Positions 42,615 through 53,960 of a stretch of 64,000 nt of DNA are shown piece after piece (positions within the stretch are counted from its first letter, which is position 1; the number at the start of each line of letters is the position of its first letter). Source of the DNA: Ignavibacteriota bacterium (GTDB lineage Bacteria > Bacteroidota > Ignavibacteria > UBA10030 > UBA6906); contig CAVPCZ010000012.1 in assembly GCA_963702445.1 (NCBI GenBank), positions 78,668 to 142,667 of the forward strand. The letters are read 5' to 3'. The notes beneath the pieces are model-generated. The model had not been told where the DNA came from and searched no databases. It worked only from the letters and a program-made list of their open reading frames with translations. The position numbers and the translations under genes are program-made.

Positions 42615-43658
42615 TCAGTGAAACGCGAATCCGATAGAGAACATATGCACCTGCGTGAGTTCGCTGAAGTCCACATAGGCGTAGTTGATCGTTCCCACGC
42701 CGTTCCCGAAGGGATAGCTGATTCCCGCTCCGAAGGTGAACCGCTGTACATCGTAATTGAACTTATAGCCGCCGCGGAGAGAGAACGTCTTGTCGAAGCA
42801 ATAGCTCATCCCCAGATGGAACTTCTCCGGTCCATCATTCGGGTGATCGCCTTCCACGGTGACCGTCAGGAGATGCGGACTCTGGTCCCGGTCCAGGAAG
42901 TCCATGGCGATGCCGGCGCGCAGGTCGAGGGGCATGCGCACATTATCCGATTCCGTCTGGTATTCCTCGCTCCAGCCGCCGAATTGCGAGTCCGGTCCGA
43001 AATTCCTGGCGGTAATGGCAATACGCAGACTCTCGAAGCCCGTACGGTACAGTGTCCCGATATCAAACGACCAGTTGTTCATGGACAGCTCCGCAATCGT
43101 CTGACGCATCCACCGCACATTGCCACCGACGGAAAGTTTGTCCGTTATTTGCCTGGCATACGACACACCGGCAGCCATATCGTTTGCCCCGAATGTGTTT
43201 CCTGTCACGACCGGGTTCGTGCTTCCGCTCCCTGTTGCCTCGTTGATTGTTTCGGGAATGTCGCCGTAGTTGAGCATCGCCAGACTCACACCGACAACCC
43301 CGACCTCGCCGAGGCTTGCCGCAAGGGCAACAGACTGGTGTCCGATATCTGCCACCCATTTCAGGGCATTCAGCTGGATGTCAAATCCTGTAATGTCCGC
43401 GAGTGCCGCGGGATTCCCGAAGATCGCTCCGGCATCGCCGGGAGAAAGCGCGGTAAAGGCTCCGCCCATCGCCGCCTGTCGTGCATCGCCGTTGATTTTC
43501 AGGAATTGCCAGCCGGCTTGACCGACGCGCTCGATCTCATTCGGCGATATCCCCGGCAATCCTGATTGTGCGAGCAGGGGCAAAGCCGGACCGAACACCT
43601 TCGCCGCAACGACGCACGCAAGTATCAACCTGAGAGACATACGATTGTTCTCCGTCAC
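42615..43658 (-). CDS. PorV/PorQ-family outer-membrane beta-barrel (T9SS shuttle paralog)
   Basis: GQAGWQFLKI...ARQAAMGGAFTA...DAGAIFGNPAAL N-terminal signature; amphipathic strands; ends HMFSIGFAFH. Confidence 0.85.
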   Translation of the reverse strand: MTENNRMSLRLILACVVAAKVFGPALPLLAQSGLPGISPNEIERVGQAGWQFLKINGDARQAAMGGAFTALSPGDAGAIFGNPAALADITGFDIQLNALKWVADIGHQSVALAASLGEVGVVGVSLAMLNYGDIPETINEATGSGSTNPVVTGNTFGANDMAAGVSYARQITDKLSVGGNVRWMRQTIAELSMNNWSFDIGTLYRTGFESLRIAITARNFGPDSQFGGWSEEYQTESDNVRMPLDLRAGIAMDFLDRDQSPHLLTVTVEGDHPNDGPEKFHLGMSYCFDKTFSLRGGYKFNYDVQRFTFGAGISYPFGNGVGTINYAYVDFSELTQVHMFSIGFAFH

Positions 43659-45608
43659 TTCACGATTGCCAGTTTGCCGATGGAGGATTCACCCTCATGT
43701 CCCGCCACAAGCGACTCGCACGCGGAACAGGTAGACACCCGGAGCCACGCCGAGCGTCCATTTGTTCAGTTGATAGTCCAAGCGTTTGATGCTTCCCCAC
43801 GCCTCGGATCCGCTGCCGTCATCGTGAGAGATCTCCTGCACGATATCGCCGATGAGTGGTATAGATGGTAATAGTGCACTTCGCGGGAATGCCGATAAAT
43901 TCCATGCGATAGCGTTCCCCCGTTCCCTGCAGTCCGCTGTGCTGCCGGAAGGGATTCGGCACGACAAACACATTTTTGGGGAACTCTTCGTTCGGGGCAC
44001 GAAGAGGGTAGACGGGGAACCGGGTATTGTTCACTTTGCCGCTTTCGTTTCCCGCCGCATCATAGCTCGTCACACAATAATAGTTGCCGACACCGAAGGG
44101 CTACCCCTCTGTCGATGATACCGCACCTTGCCGTCCACGAGGACACGCAGAATCCTTCTTGATATCGGCCACCAGTGTCCACGGACCGATCGTGAAGTAG
44201 GTCGAGCGATAGACCCTGTATCCGGCGAAATCGTTCTGTCCTGACAGCGGGTCCCTGTACGTACGCGGGGATCGGGGGCCAGTCGATGGTTGTTTGTCCG
44301 GGTTCGGTGGTGATGCGCGAGACTGTTTTCGCCATTTGTCGGAGTTGGAGGCGGATACACCGCCGGCATGTAGTTGTTTGCATAGAGCCTTCGTGCCGCC
44401 CGCACATGCGCAAGCATCGAATCCCGTGATGCCGTTGCCATCAGATCGATATTGGCCACTCCCCCTTCGACAATCTTTGCCCGGTCCATTTCGCCGATGA
44501 CTTCCGCGAACACGATTCTCACGGAACAAAACGGAGAAAGCGAGAGCGGTCCGACGCTGATCAGGAATTCGGGACGCCGTTCGTATTTGTTGCCTCCCTC
44601 GCCTCCCGCGGCCCGCGCCGCATCCCACGACAGCCGCGGTTGCTGGTGCGTCATGACCTCTTTCACCCGGGCAGGAGGATCGACTCCCTGGATGAACATC
44701 TGGTCGATCGTTCCCGCGGAGCCCTTCGGTCAGACCCTGTCCCGTATGTTCAAGGATATTCTGGATACACCTTGCCGCCGCCGAATCGAGCACAACGACG
44801 GTCAAGATAGCCGGCGCGCATCGAGTTCGTGCTCGCGAATTCCCTGCTGGTAGATATCGCGCGCGTCGCCGATATCGCCGCGTCAGGGACCGACGCCGAA
44901 ATAGTACGACGACCGGCACTTCATCTTCCATCTGAAATCTCTGGTGATCATAGAAATAGAACAGCTTCTCAGTTCGCATCCCACGCCATACTTCTCATCA
45001 CCCCGGCTCCCGGAACGCTGCGTGATCCGAATGCCATAGCGCATGCCAAAGTACAATGAATCGACGGATGTCAGTTCATTGTTGGTGATCAGTGACTTCG
45101 TGAATAATGAAGTCATTTATTCCCGGGATAACTCCAGACCATGCTGCGGCGCGCGACATCCACATTCAGGCCGTTCACATGGTGGCCCCGGTGACGATTT
45201 CTTCTCCGGCAACGCCGGGGTCCTGCAGATTGTAGTTCTTTGTCAGCGTGGTTTCTTCGATGGGAAAAATGTCCTGTCCGGAAGGAAAGAACCGCGAATT
45301 GATCGTATAGGAGAAGCGGTGTTATCCCGCACGCCATAGATGGCATAGCCGGCGGCTTCGGCATAATTCAGGGCATCGCTGACGTTGGTTCCTTTGGAGT
45401 ATCCCGGATAATCAAGGGTATGGAACCCATGTATGCGTTTCCGTCGGGTCTCCGTACTGCAGCGAATTCCAGAGCGTCGCCCAGAGTTTCCCCCGTTTGA
45501 GGGTTTGTTTGCCCCAGGTGACCTGACCGGAAGCGGGTTCCGGACAACGCCAGGAGCAATACCAGCAGGGCAGAGCGAGGTTCTCAGCATAGGTGTTCGC
45601 GGTTTCAC
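43655..45608 (-). CDS. Secreted ~650-aa protein with VVPNPF-type CTD, partner of the TonB receptor (multiple frameshifts)
   Basis: Fragments across frames: signal ...LLVLLLALSG; DFAGYRVYRS; TSYDAAGNESGK; KNVFVVPNPFRQ...CTITIYT; VAPGVYLFRV; ends IGKLAIVK with TGA overlapping the PorV GTG. Confidence 0.65.
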
Positions 45609-45621
45609 TGTCCACCCTTCT

Positions 45622-48564
45622 CTAGAAATTGAGCATGAGTTGGAAGTAGATTTGCCGGGGCGGGACTTCATACGAATACCACTCCCACTTATTCGGCTCC
45701 GAGAAATCCACGGTTTTCGGTAAGTCGCTCGCTATCCGGCAGAGAGGGATTCTCCATATACCGGATGAGATCGTCGCCGTCCAGCAGCCGCAGGAATTTC
45801 ATGATCCAGCAGATTCTTGATATCGACACTCAACTCCGCGCGCACACCGAAAACGTCGAAACCCTTCGCGATCTTGAGGTCGATCTGATAGATAGTTGAA
45901 CCATCGCATGTTGTTCGGTTCGGTGGAAAGGTCACCCGCGGGCGTGATACGTGTACGGATCCCCCGGTCTCCACCAGAAATTGCGTATAGACGCAGAACA
46001 TCGCTCAACGGATGACCGCCAAAGAGTTCCGGACCTTCGCCGTCGTCCATCGAAAGACTCGCCCACCCTTTGATGCGCTGGTAGTCGCCCCATGCTCCCC
46101 GTCCCTGCCGCAGTCCCTTCGGCACATCCACGCTCGGGGAACCCGGTTCGTACATCGGCTGAACCCGACTTCTCCGTTGAACGACCAGTACACCTCGTGA
46201 CTCAGTCCGAAATTGAACATCCCGTTGAAGCGCGAGTCGATTTTCGTCTCGATCCCGCGCACATCGGAATAGCCGGAGTTGCTCACCATCAGCGCCTTGG
46301 TTGCCGTATATGTCGCGGCGTATACGCCGGTGATCACGGTTGCCTCGCGCGACGCGTCCTTGTAGTATCCCGTCACGTCGAGTTTGAGCATGTCGGCGAT
46401 GTTGTAATCCACGCCGAGTTCATACTGAATCGTCCGCTCGTATCCCATTTCTGGATTGCCGTAGTACCCCTGCCATTCATCCATGAACGTGGTCTGTTTC
46501 GCATAGGGGTTCAGGACGCTGTCCATCGCTTCCGTGTAGTTCACGAACGGAAACCCGAACATCTTCGTCCACGACGGTCTCTGGTAGAAGTGTCCGTACA
46601 CAAAATGGAGAACGGCATTGTCACTCATCGGATGGGAAATGCCGATGCGGGGAGCGATGGCGACCTGCAATGCCGTGGTCTCCCGTTCCGGCGTCCCGGG
46701 AATTCCCAGCGGGGCTCCGGGATCATGCCCGGGCGTTGCCAGCTGAAAGGCAAGCGGGATCAAACATGTTTTTCGGCGCATCCCGGTTCTGGTTGAAGAA
46801 ATCCCCCCGGACGCCCAGATTCACCACGAGCCCCGGCGTTTCGATCTTGTCCTGCACGTAGACACTTCCTTCATAAGGATTCCCGTCGAACACATTCATG
46901 TCGTTGGTCCGTCTTCCCGCCTGGACGCCGGCGAAGTTCTCATAATTGAAATCATGCGCCTTGACCGCAAATCCCGCCTTGATGTTGTGGGTCTGCGTGA
47001 TCTGATTCGTATAGTCCCCTTTCACCTGATACGATTGCGAAAACATTTTCGTCCAGGTGTGGAAGTAGCCCTGCTCGGTGAACCGGGGATGCATCAGCGT
47101 ACGATCATCGCGGGTGGACCAGAGCGAGTCGGGAATACGATGATCCCTGTCCGATCTGTCCATCCTGTCCTTCAGGTAGCTGACGGTCAGTTCGTAGAAC
47201 GACTGGGCATTCAGCACGTGGGTGATCTTCCCGTACAGCTGGGACCATTCCCGGAGTTCGGGCCACTGGCGGTAGGTCGCCCCGAAGGGATTATACTTTG
47301 CGCGGGCAAATTGTTCATCTATCCGCATCGGGGCAAGCCAGGCGGATTCCTGTCCGGATTCAAAGGTGTTCGCATTTGTGGCTGTATAATCCGCGCTTTC
47401 GTATCCACCCACAAATCCTCCGAAGCGGACTTTGAACTCCGGAGACAGTTTGAAGTTGACGTATCCCTGCACATTGTACTCGGGGTTGTACGGGATCGCC
47501 TGCGGAAAAATACCGACGGCCTTCTTGTAGCGTCCCGATATCAGAAAACTCAGTTCGTCCGTCACGCCGCCGAGGAGTGTTCCTTCGAATTCATATTGTG
47601 CACGCTCCGCATAGTTCCCCAGCGTGTCATTCGGCGTTATCTGTTTGCGCCACGCCGTCAGAAGAGAGTCGGGGTTAAGCTTGTAATAGCGGCTGTTTTC
47701 GTCATTGGACTGTGCGGTCCAGTAGTCGAGACCGGTCGTCGCATAGTCGTTATTGTCTTTGCTGTACAAATTCCGGCCGAAATGGTATACGCCCGCAGGA
47801 CGTACACGTGACAGGAGCGTGCCATGAAGACCGGAGGACGCTTCTTTGGAAACGATGTTAATAATCGCCGATCGGCCTTCGCCGTATTCGGCGTTGTATC
47901 CCCCGGTCAGCACGGATATTTGTTCAATGGTCGAGGTATTGAATCCGGAGTAGTTGTCCGAGACCAGCCCGCTGTTCACGGAGAGATTGTCGACCATCAT
48001 GACCGCCTGCACGTTCGAACTGCCGCGGACATATCCCCTTGTCCTTCCCCGTTCCCACGCAAGGTTGGAGTTGTCGGCAAAGATGCCCGGCTGGGTCGCA
48101 AGCACCTCCCCGATGGTTCTGGCTCCGGAATTCTCAATCGCCATGCTCGTCACGATCTGTTCGCTCGCCGTGAGGTCCTTGTCAATAACCGGGCGTTCTG
48201 CAACGATATTGACCACCTCTCCTTCGATAATCGTTGACGACAGGGCAACGCTCTTTGTGGTCGTTCGATCGATGGCGACAAGGACATTACTGATATTGAC
48301 CGTTTCGTACCCCAGCATCGAAACGATCAGGGTGTATGTCCCGGGTGATACATTGAGGACGAAATATTCGCCGTTGACGTTTGTGGACGCCCCTGCCGAA
48401 AGGCCCTTCAGGACCACATGAGCGCCTATGATGGGTTCCCCTGTGGTCTTGTCAGTGATTCTGCCCGCGATTTTCCCCATCGTCCCGGAGAAGAGGAAGT
48501 GCGGAAGAATGAGCAGGAGGAAGAGATACGGAAGAGTACGGAAGGGAACTGATCTGCGCATCAC
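45622..48564 (-). CDS. TonB-dependent receptor with N-terminal carboxypeptidase-like domain (several frameshifts in the 3' third)
   Basis: GKIAGRITDKTTGEPIIGA, plug IEQISVLTGGYNAEYG, NLGVRGDFF, IAPRIGISHP, YERTIQYELG; C-terminus PRQIYFQLMLNF (terminal Phe). Confidence 0.85.
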
Positions 48565-48671
48565 CGTGGTCCTTTGCCGATAAGTCTCTGGAGTCCGACC
48601 TTTGAGCGAATGCTGCGATTGGAGAACCGGCAGTTTGTTGTCCTGGGCATCATGGCGTGATCGTGCTGGCA

Positions 48672-49711
48672 TCAGGCGTGACTCACGGCGTCGATATGTT
48701 GTGAGAGACGTGCGACGGACTCGCGGACAATAAGCCGTGGTTCGAGCAGCACCTGCTTGACCTCGGCATCGGGAGTCCGCATCCGGCGCAGAAGGAGCTT
48801 GACCCCCATCTCCCCCATCATCTCGATCGGCTGTTCGACGGCCGTAAGAGGGGTGAGAGATACGAGGCGAAACTCGGATCGTCAAACGTAATAAGGGATA
48901 TCATTCCGGGTACCGCAACGGATTCCTCCGCAAGCGCCCGGAGCACTCCCAGCGCGATGAGATCGCCCGCGGTGAAGATGGCCGTGGGAGGTTCCTGCAG
49001 CTGGAGGAGGGACTTGGTCTCGAGGTAACCGTTGAGCGTACCGAAATCGTCGCCCACGGTGTACTCGTCGCGCACGGAGACATTCGCGTCTTTCATCGCC
49101 TGGAGAAAACCCTGAAGGCGCCCTTCATTGGCATTGGTGCCCCGGAGCCCCTGTATGAAAGCGATTTTTCTGTGCCCGACGCGCAGGAGGTACTGGGTGG
49201 CCTGGTATCCTCCGCGGAAATTGTCGACACTGATCGCATCAACGTCCAGACCTTTGGACCACCGGTCGATCATAACGAGCGGCGCATGCGACCGCACGAG
49301 CTCCCGGATGTGTTCGTCCTGCCGGCCGACTCCGGCGATAAGGAAGCCGTCAACGCGGCTCTCCCGGAGGCCTTTGAGCGATTTCTCCTCAATGCTGGAA
49401 TCTTCATCGGAGTCCGAGATCAAAATGCTGTATCCTGCCTTGCGCGCCTCTTTGGAAACACTCTTGACCATCATGGCGAAGAATGGATTGGACACATCCG
49501 GAACGATAAAACCGATCTGGTGGGTCCTCTGCAAGCGGAGCCCCCGGGCGATTTTGTTGGGAGTGTACCCGAGTTCTTCGGCGGCCTGCCGGACGGTGGC
49601 TTTCGTCACCTCGGAGATCTTCCACTTATGGGTGTTGTCATGAAGCACACGGGATACGGTCGAGACAGAGCAACCCGCCCTCTTGGCAATATCTGACAGA
49701 GTAAAAGTCAT
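48672..49711 (-). CDS. LacI-family transcriptional repressor (frameshift in a C-run near 48850)
   Basis: TLSDIAKRAGCSVSTVSRVL HTH, LGYTPNKIARGL; the corrected frame continues LSPPLTAVEQP...LIVRESV to TGA at 48672. Confidence 0.9.
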
Positions 49712-49717
49712 GATTTC

Positions 49718-49733
49718 ATGCTAACGATTGCAC
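49718..49733. promoter_or_regulatory. Putative LacI-family operator O2
   Basis: ATGCTAACGATTGCAC: pseudo-palindrome with central CG, 15/16 identical to O1, lying over the lacI translation-initiation region. Confidence 0.7.
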
Positions 49734-49861
49734 AACAGTGTCATATTGATTGAGTTAGAAGGAATCTCATTGGATGATATTTCATCCGCATATGCCAAAT
49801 CAAGAGGCGAAAAGGAGAAAAATCCGCAAAGACGGATCACTACATGAGAAGGGGAATAATG

Positions 49862-49877
49862 ATGCAAACGATTGCAC
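49862..49877. promoter_or_regulatory. Putative LacI-family operator O1
   Basis: ATGCAAACGATTGCAC (TGCAAAC/GATTGCA, one mismatch from a perfect palindrome), overlapping the predicted transcription start. Confidence 0.75.
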
Positions 49878-49878
49878 G

Positions 49879-49907
49879 AATGTAGACAATTGCGGGATGT
49901 CTGTCAA
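49879..49907 (-). promoter_or_regulatory. Sigma70-type promoter of the lacI-TonB-ARH locus
   Basis: Minus strand TTGACA (49907-49902), 17-bp spacer, TACATT (49884-49879). Confidence 0.7.
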
Positions 49908-49950
49908 GTCTTTTTTTGGGATGGGGGGCCCATAAACATCGAAAGGGGTG

Positions 49951-49972
49951 AAGGCCGGAAACCTCCGGCCTT
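49951..49972 (-). terminator. Hairpin at the end of the metallophosphoesterase gene
   Basis: AAGGCCGGA-N4-TCCGGCCTT perfect 9-bp inverted repeat overlapping the stop codon. Confidence 0.45.
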
Positions 49973-50930
49973 ACCGTCGAAGCGGAAAAGTGAGCGTGAG
50001 CGCGTCACGGAAGGATGCAAAATCATCGTTCAGCATCCGTATGGTGAAGCGGACTTCCTCCGCCGTGATGCTGCAGCGCATGTAATGAAACATCCGAAGC
50101 TCCGTTTTTACCGGAAACTCATCAGTCCATCGCCGCTCCGCCCCGACAAGAAGAGGCTGTTGAAGTCCCCCTCCCCCCCCTATCACCAGGAAGTCCTTTC
50201 CACCGTTCTTGAAATGCTCCACCGCATGGCAATGCCCGCTCACAAAGAGGCGGCACTTGGAGGCGGCCAGAAACGGGGGGACAAAGAACTGCTGCGCCTC
50301 CCTGGACGGGGAAACAATGGTGCTGTTCGTGTACGGCGGATGGTGGCAGCCGACGACAACCAGCTCCACCGTGGAGTCCTTTTCCAGCCGCTCAAGCGTT
50401 TCTTCGTACCACGCCTGCTGTTTCTGAGCCTCTTCCGCTGAGAGATGGCCGAAATTCGAATTCAGAAGAACGACGGCAACCGGACCCAGACGCCGCATAT
50501 ACCCCGTGTTGTTCACATAGGGAAAGCGTTCCTCGAATTTCTGGCGACCCATCCCCGAAAAATAGATAAGCTCATGGTTCCCGAGAATGGGATAGTACGG
50601 GATCTTTTTCGCCGCGAGCCTCGCACCGAAGGAGTCGATCACCGCCCACGATCTCTCCAGAAATCCCAGCGCGATCTGGTCTCCCAGATGGAAAACTGCT
50701 GCAGGAGCGTCTTCAATGATTGCATCGAAAATCCTCGTGTGGGCGAGTTCGTTGTTATTCCAGTCGAGTTTCAGCTTTTCCGGCCAGAGAGGATTTTGCG
50801 TGTCGCTCACAAAATCCGCCCGGAGTGTGTCTCCCGGAGCGACCTGCTGGGAAATTGCGGGCGCAACACCCAACACAAATGCGGACAGGAGGATCGAACA
50901 GAATTTCAATGATTTTTCCCACAATCTCAT
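49971..50930 (-). CDS. Secreted calcineurin-like metallophosphoesterase
   Basis: FVSDTQ, FHLGDQ, LGNHE, CHHPPY, VSGHCH motifs; signal peptide; GGAG RBS. Confidence 0.9.
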   Translation of the reverse strand: MRLWEKSLKFCSILLSAFVLGVAPAISQQVAPGDTLRADFVSDTQNPLWPEKLKLDWNNNELAHTRIFDAIIEDAPAAVFHLGDQIALGFLERSWAVIDSFGARLAAKKIPYYPILGNHELIYFSGMGRQKFEERFPYVNNTGYMRRLGPVAVVLLNSNFGHLSAEEAQKQQAWYEETLERLEKDSTVELVVVGCHHPPYTNSTIVSPSREAQQFFVPPFLAASKCRLFVSGHCHAVEHFKNGGKDFLVIGGGGGLQQPLLVGAERRWTDEFPVKTELRMFHYMRCSITAEEVRFTIRMLNDDFASFRDALTLTFPLRR

Positions 50931-51203
50931 AGTTGTCTCCCCGCAACACATTCTCCACACTGCGTGGACTCTCCTCGTTCATCCCCCCCCCCGGACACAA
51001 ACCTCTCCGAGAATTGCGGCTGATGACCGGATGAAATGGGTAAGAATGTACAAACTCCGCGGTTTCAAAGCAAGGTCGGGTTGCCAGAGAAGAGACACTT
51101 TTTTTACATTTTTGTGACAACAAGTAGACGGAAACTGTTAGTTTCTCCTTTGAGCAGAATGGGAAATCAGTGTCATCTGCAGAACCGACAACTTGAGGCA
51201 ACC

Positions 51204-52331
51204 ATGACCCGTCAGGCGTTTTCCTGCACCCTCCTCTTCGCACTGCTGATCGCGGGCCCTTCCGGTTTCGCACAGATAACGGGAGATCTGGTGATCCTCA
51301 GCCCCCGTGTTGGCGAGTATATCGACGCAGCGGAGAGTAAATTCTTCCATGTGTTTCAGAGTGTGAAGGGGCTTAAACGTGCCCATGTTATCGTGACACG
51401 GGATTCTCTCCTTTACGTGATCTTCGAGATCGAGAATCCACCTTTACCCCCGAAAACAGAATACATCCAATACTCGCCCACTCTCCTCAACGTGATTGCA
51501 GAAAAGATCGAGCACATAGAGGGTCTAACGGACGGAACATATGTGATGGGGACTCAGCCGGCGATCCTCACAACCATTCATGGCACCAGCCCGGCAGTCC
51601 GCGTTCCGACCCGGCGCCACGCCGTCCGACCGCCTCCGAAGAACGATACAGACGAAACCTGGAGGATGTACTTCCATTCGCAGGACCTGTGGTTCCCAGG
51701 AGCACGCGTTACCCACAGTTCGGCATGACTGCGGGGGTATCCACATACAATCCGGATTTGTCGGAATTGCCGAGCCTTATTACATCAGTAGAAGACTACT
51801 ACCGTCAGACCGGATATCCCATCCGCTATCTCGTTCCCGATGATGACCCCGGAATGGTATTGCTGTTCTCTGTGAGCGTGGTTCTTTCACCTTCATTTGA
51901 AATGAGTCTTGACGTCGCATACCAGGAGGGTCTCCTGACGGTTAAAACGGCGGCGATCGGTGCCCGGTATTTCCCCGCGTTGCTTCATTATCTTTGACGG
52001 TCTGCGAGGGTTTCTCACTGCGGGTATGCAGATTAACTCGTATTCCATTTCCTCTCAATTGAATTACGGAGACCACATCGGCCCGGATGACGCTCTGGGA
52101 CGGTACATGATTCTTGACCCGGATGTCGATCTGCGGGAAATGAAAGAAGGGTCGTGCCTCTTCTCGGAGGCGGCATCGAATTCGGTCACACCGGGGAAAA
52201 TCCGATCGGACTGAGCGTTTTCACCAAGTATCTTCTGGGTCCGCAACTCATTGTTTCGTCACGAACCGGGAGCTGCGCAGATACAGACCGGTGGTGCGAT
52301 GTTCGGTCTTTCTCTCACCCTGTACTTCTGA
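51204..52331 (+). CDS. Hypothetical secreted protein with probable C-terminal outer-membrane beta-barrel (multiple frameshifts)
   Basis: Signal peptide MTRQAFSCTLLFALLIAGPSGFA; later amphipathic strands (FGMTAGVSTY, LLGGGIEFG, LSVFTKY); ends LSLTLYF. Confidence 0.55.
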
Positions 52332-52343
52332 AGGAGACCTCCC

Positions 52344-53960
52344 ATGAATCCGAACCCGCGTATTGTTTTGTGCTCCTCGCGGTACTGCTCGCCGCCGGAT
52401 GCCAGACCACGGAGCGTATCACACAACGGTCAAGTCTCATGGAGGCCGCGTAGAGGGGGCATGCGCAATCCGATATTCTCGCCGTTGATTCGACCGTCGT
52501 GCACCTCACGGCGTACACCGTCACGGACAGCGGCGTTATCGGGAGGGGATCCCGTCGTTCACACGAGCTCATCGAACCATTCGACGGGTCGATTCCGTTT
52601 TCCGATATGGTCTATATAGAAACCGAATCGATTGCGGGATTCAGGACCATACTCGCGGTCGGAGCTGTGGCTTTTGTTGCCGGCTCGGTCATTTCCATCG
52701 TGACGGAATCAGCGGCATCCGGTTTCACGGTGCAGGATCAGACGCATTTGTTCGATCCGCGACACGTCCCTTCTAGCGGCGGCCATTCATGTCCGACACT
52801 GTATTCCTGGAACGGTTCTGCGTATTCGCTTGAAGGGGAAGCCTTTGGCGTGGCATGGGGGAAGGCCCTGGAGATGACGACCTGCACACTTCTCCCTTCG
52901 TTGATCCCCGACAAAGGTCTCCTTCTTGTACAGGTCCGCAATGAACGCCCCGAAACCCATTATCACAACCAACTCACACTGCTCTCCGCCGAGGTCCCCC
53001 GGAGAACACTCGCCGTGCAGTGGACACGGAAAACAGACTCCTCACCCTCTCACGGCCGGTGCGGTCAGTCGCTGCACGTACGGAGGAGGGCACTGCAGTC
53101 GGGCCTGCGCTGGCAGATCGTGATGGCGTGTATTGGCAGTCATCACTCTCCAGCGCGCACCCGGGTGGTTCATTCAGGGATGTCATCGATCTGCGGTTCC
53201 TGCCTCTGTCGGATGCGCGGGAAGGGAACTCTGGCCGTCAGCGCCATCAATACCGACATCTTCAGCGCTGTCCTTTCACAGGTGTCCGCCGTCCTGGGCG
53301 ATGCAACCCTCGAGTTCATCCACGCTCTGGAAAACGACCACGAAGTGATACGTCAGATGCAGTCCTGGCAGGAGGAGTGCGCGTTGCGGGTCATGGTGCG
53401 GAGCGGGGATCACTGGAGGGAAGCCGGAAGGATCCTGCCGGAGGCCAATACGGTCCCGTTCACCAGGGCGGTTCCGCTGAACCTCTCGGGTATCGGTGAT
53501 ACGGTGGACATTAGATTGGAATGTCTGGCCGATGTCTGGAGGATCGATGCGGTCTGCGCTGGATCGCACACCACCGTGGATCATACCGTGGAGCAGGGTG
53601 CCCGGAATGATGTTTCACAACAGGCACCGGGCAGGACGTCGCTCCACAGCTCGCGGTCGCGCGATGAACGCCGGATTGCCGTTCTCCCTTCGCAAACCAT
53701 CGACATTATCTCCCCGGCGCTGCCGGCACGGCTGAAGACAGCGCGGGTCTATGCACTTGAGGCAACCGGGTATCTGCATGAATGGATGCCGTCCCGGAGG
53801 AACACGCCTGATCCGTTGTTCCTGGCGAGCGGATCAGATCGGATAACATACCTGAAGATGCTGCTTGCGACATCGCAACATACTTCTCCCGGCCATCTAT
53901 AGTGAATGGAGGGCAATGGGCTCACGCAACGGGCGGGACCAGGCTTTGCGATGGACCATC
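52344..53960 (+). CDS. Hypothetical lipoprotein with SCP-x-Y-x-W-x-G domain (multiple frameshifts; 3' end approximate)
   Basis: AAGGAG RBS; lipobox VLLAVLLAAG-C; GGHSCPTLYSWNGSAYSLEGEAFG and ERPETHYHNQL segments. Confidence 0.6.

Noticed and set aside
48565-48885. N-terminal extension of the TonB receptor ORF
   Set aside because: It overlaps the frameshift-corrected 3' end of lacI. The signal peptide and RBS place the start at 48564/48561.
49971-50930. Metallophosphoesterase as the first gene of the ARH operon
   Set aside because: It is followed by its own hairpin and lies upstream of the operator-controlled promoter. A functional link is possible but unsupported.
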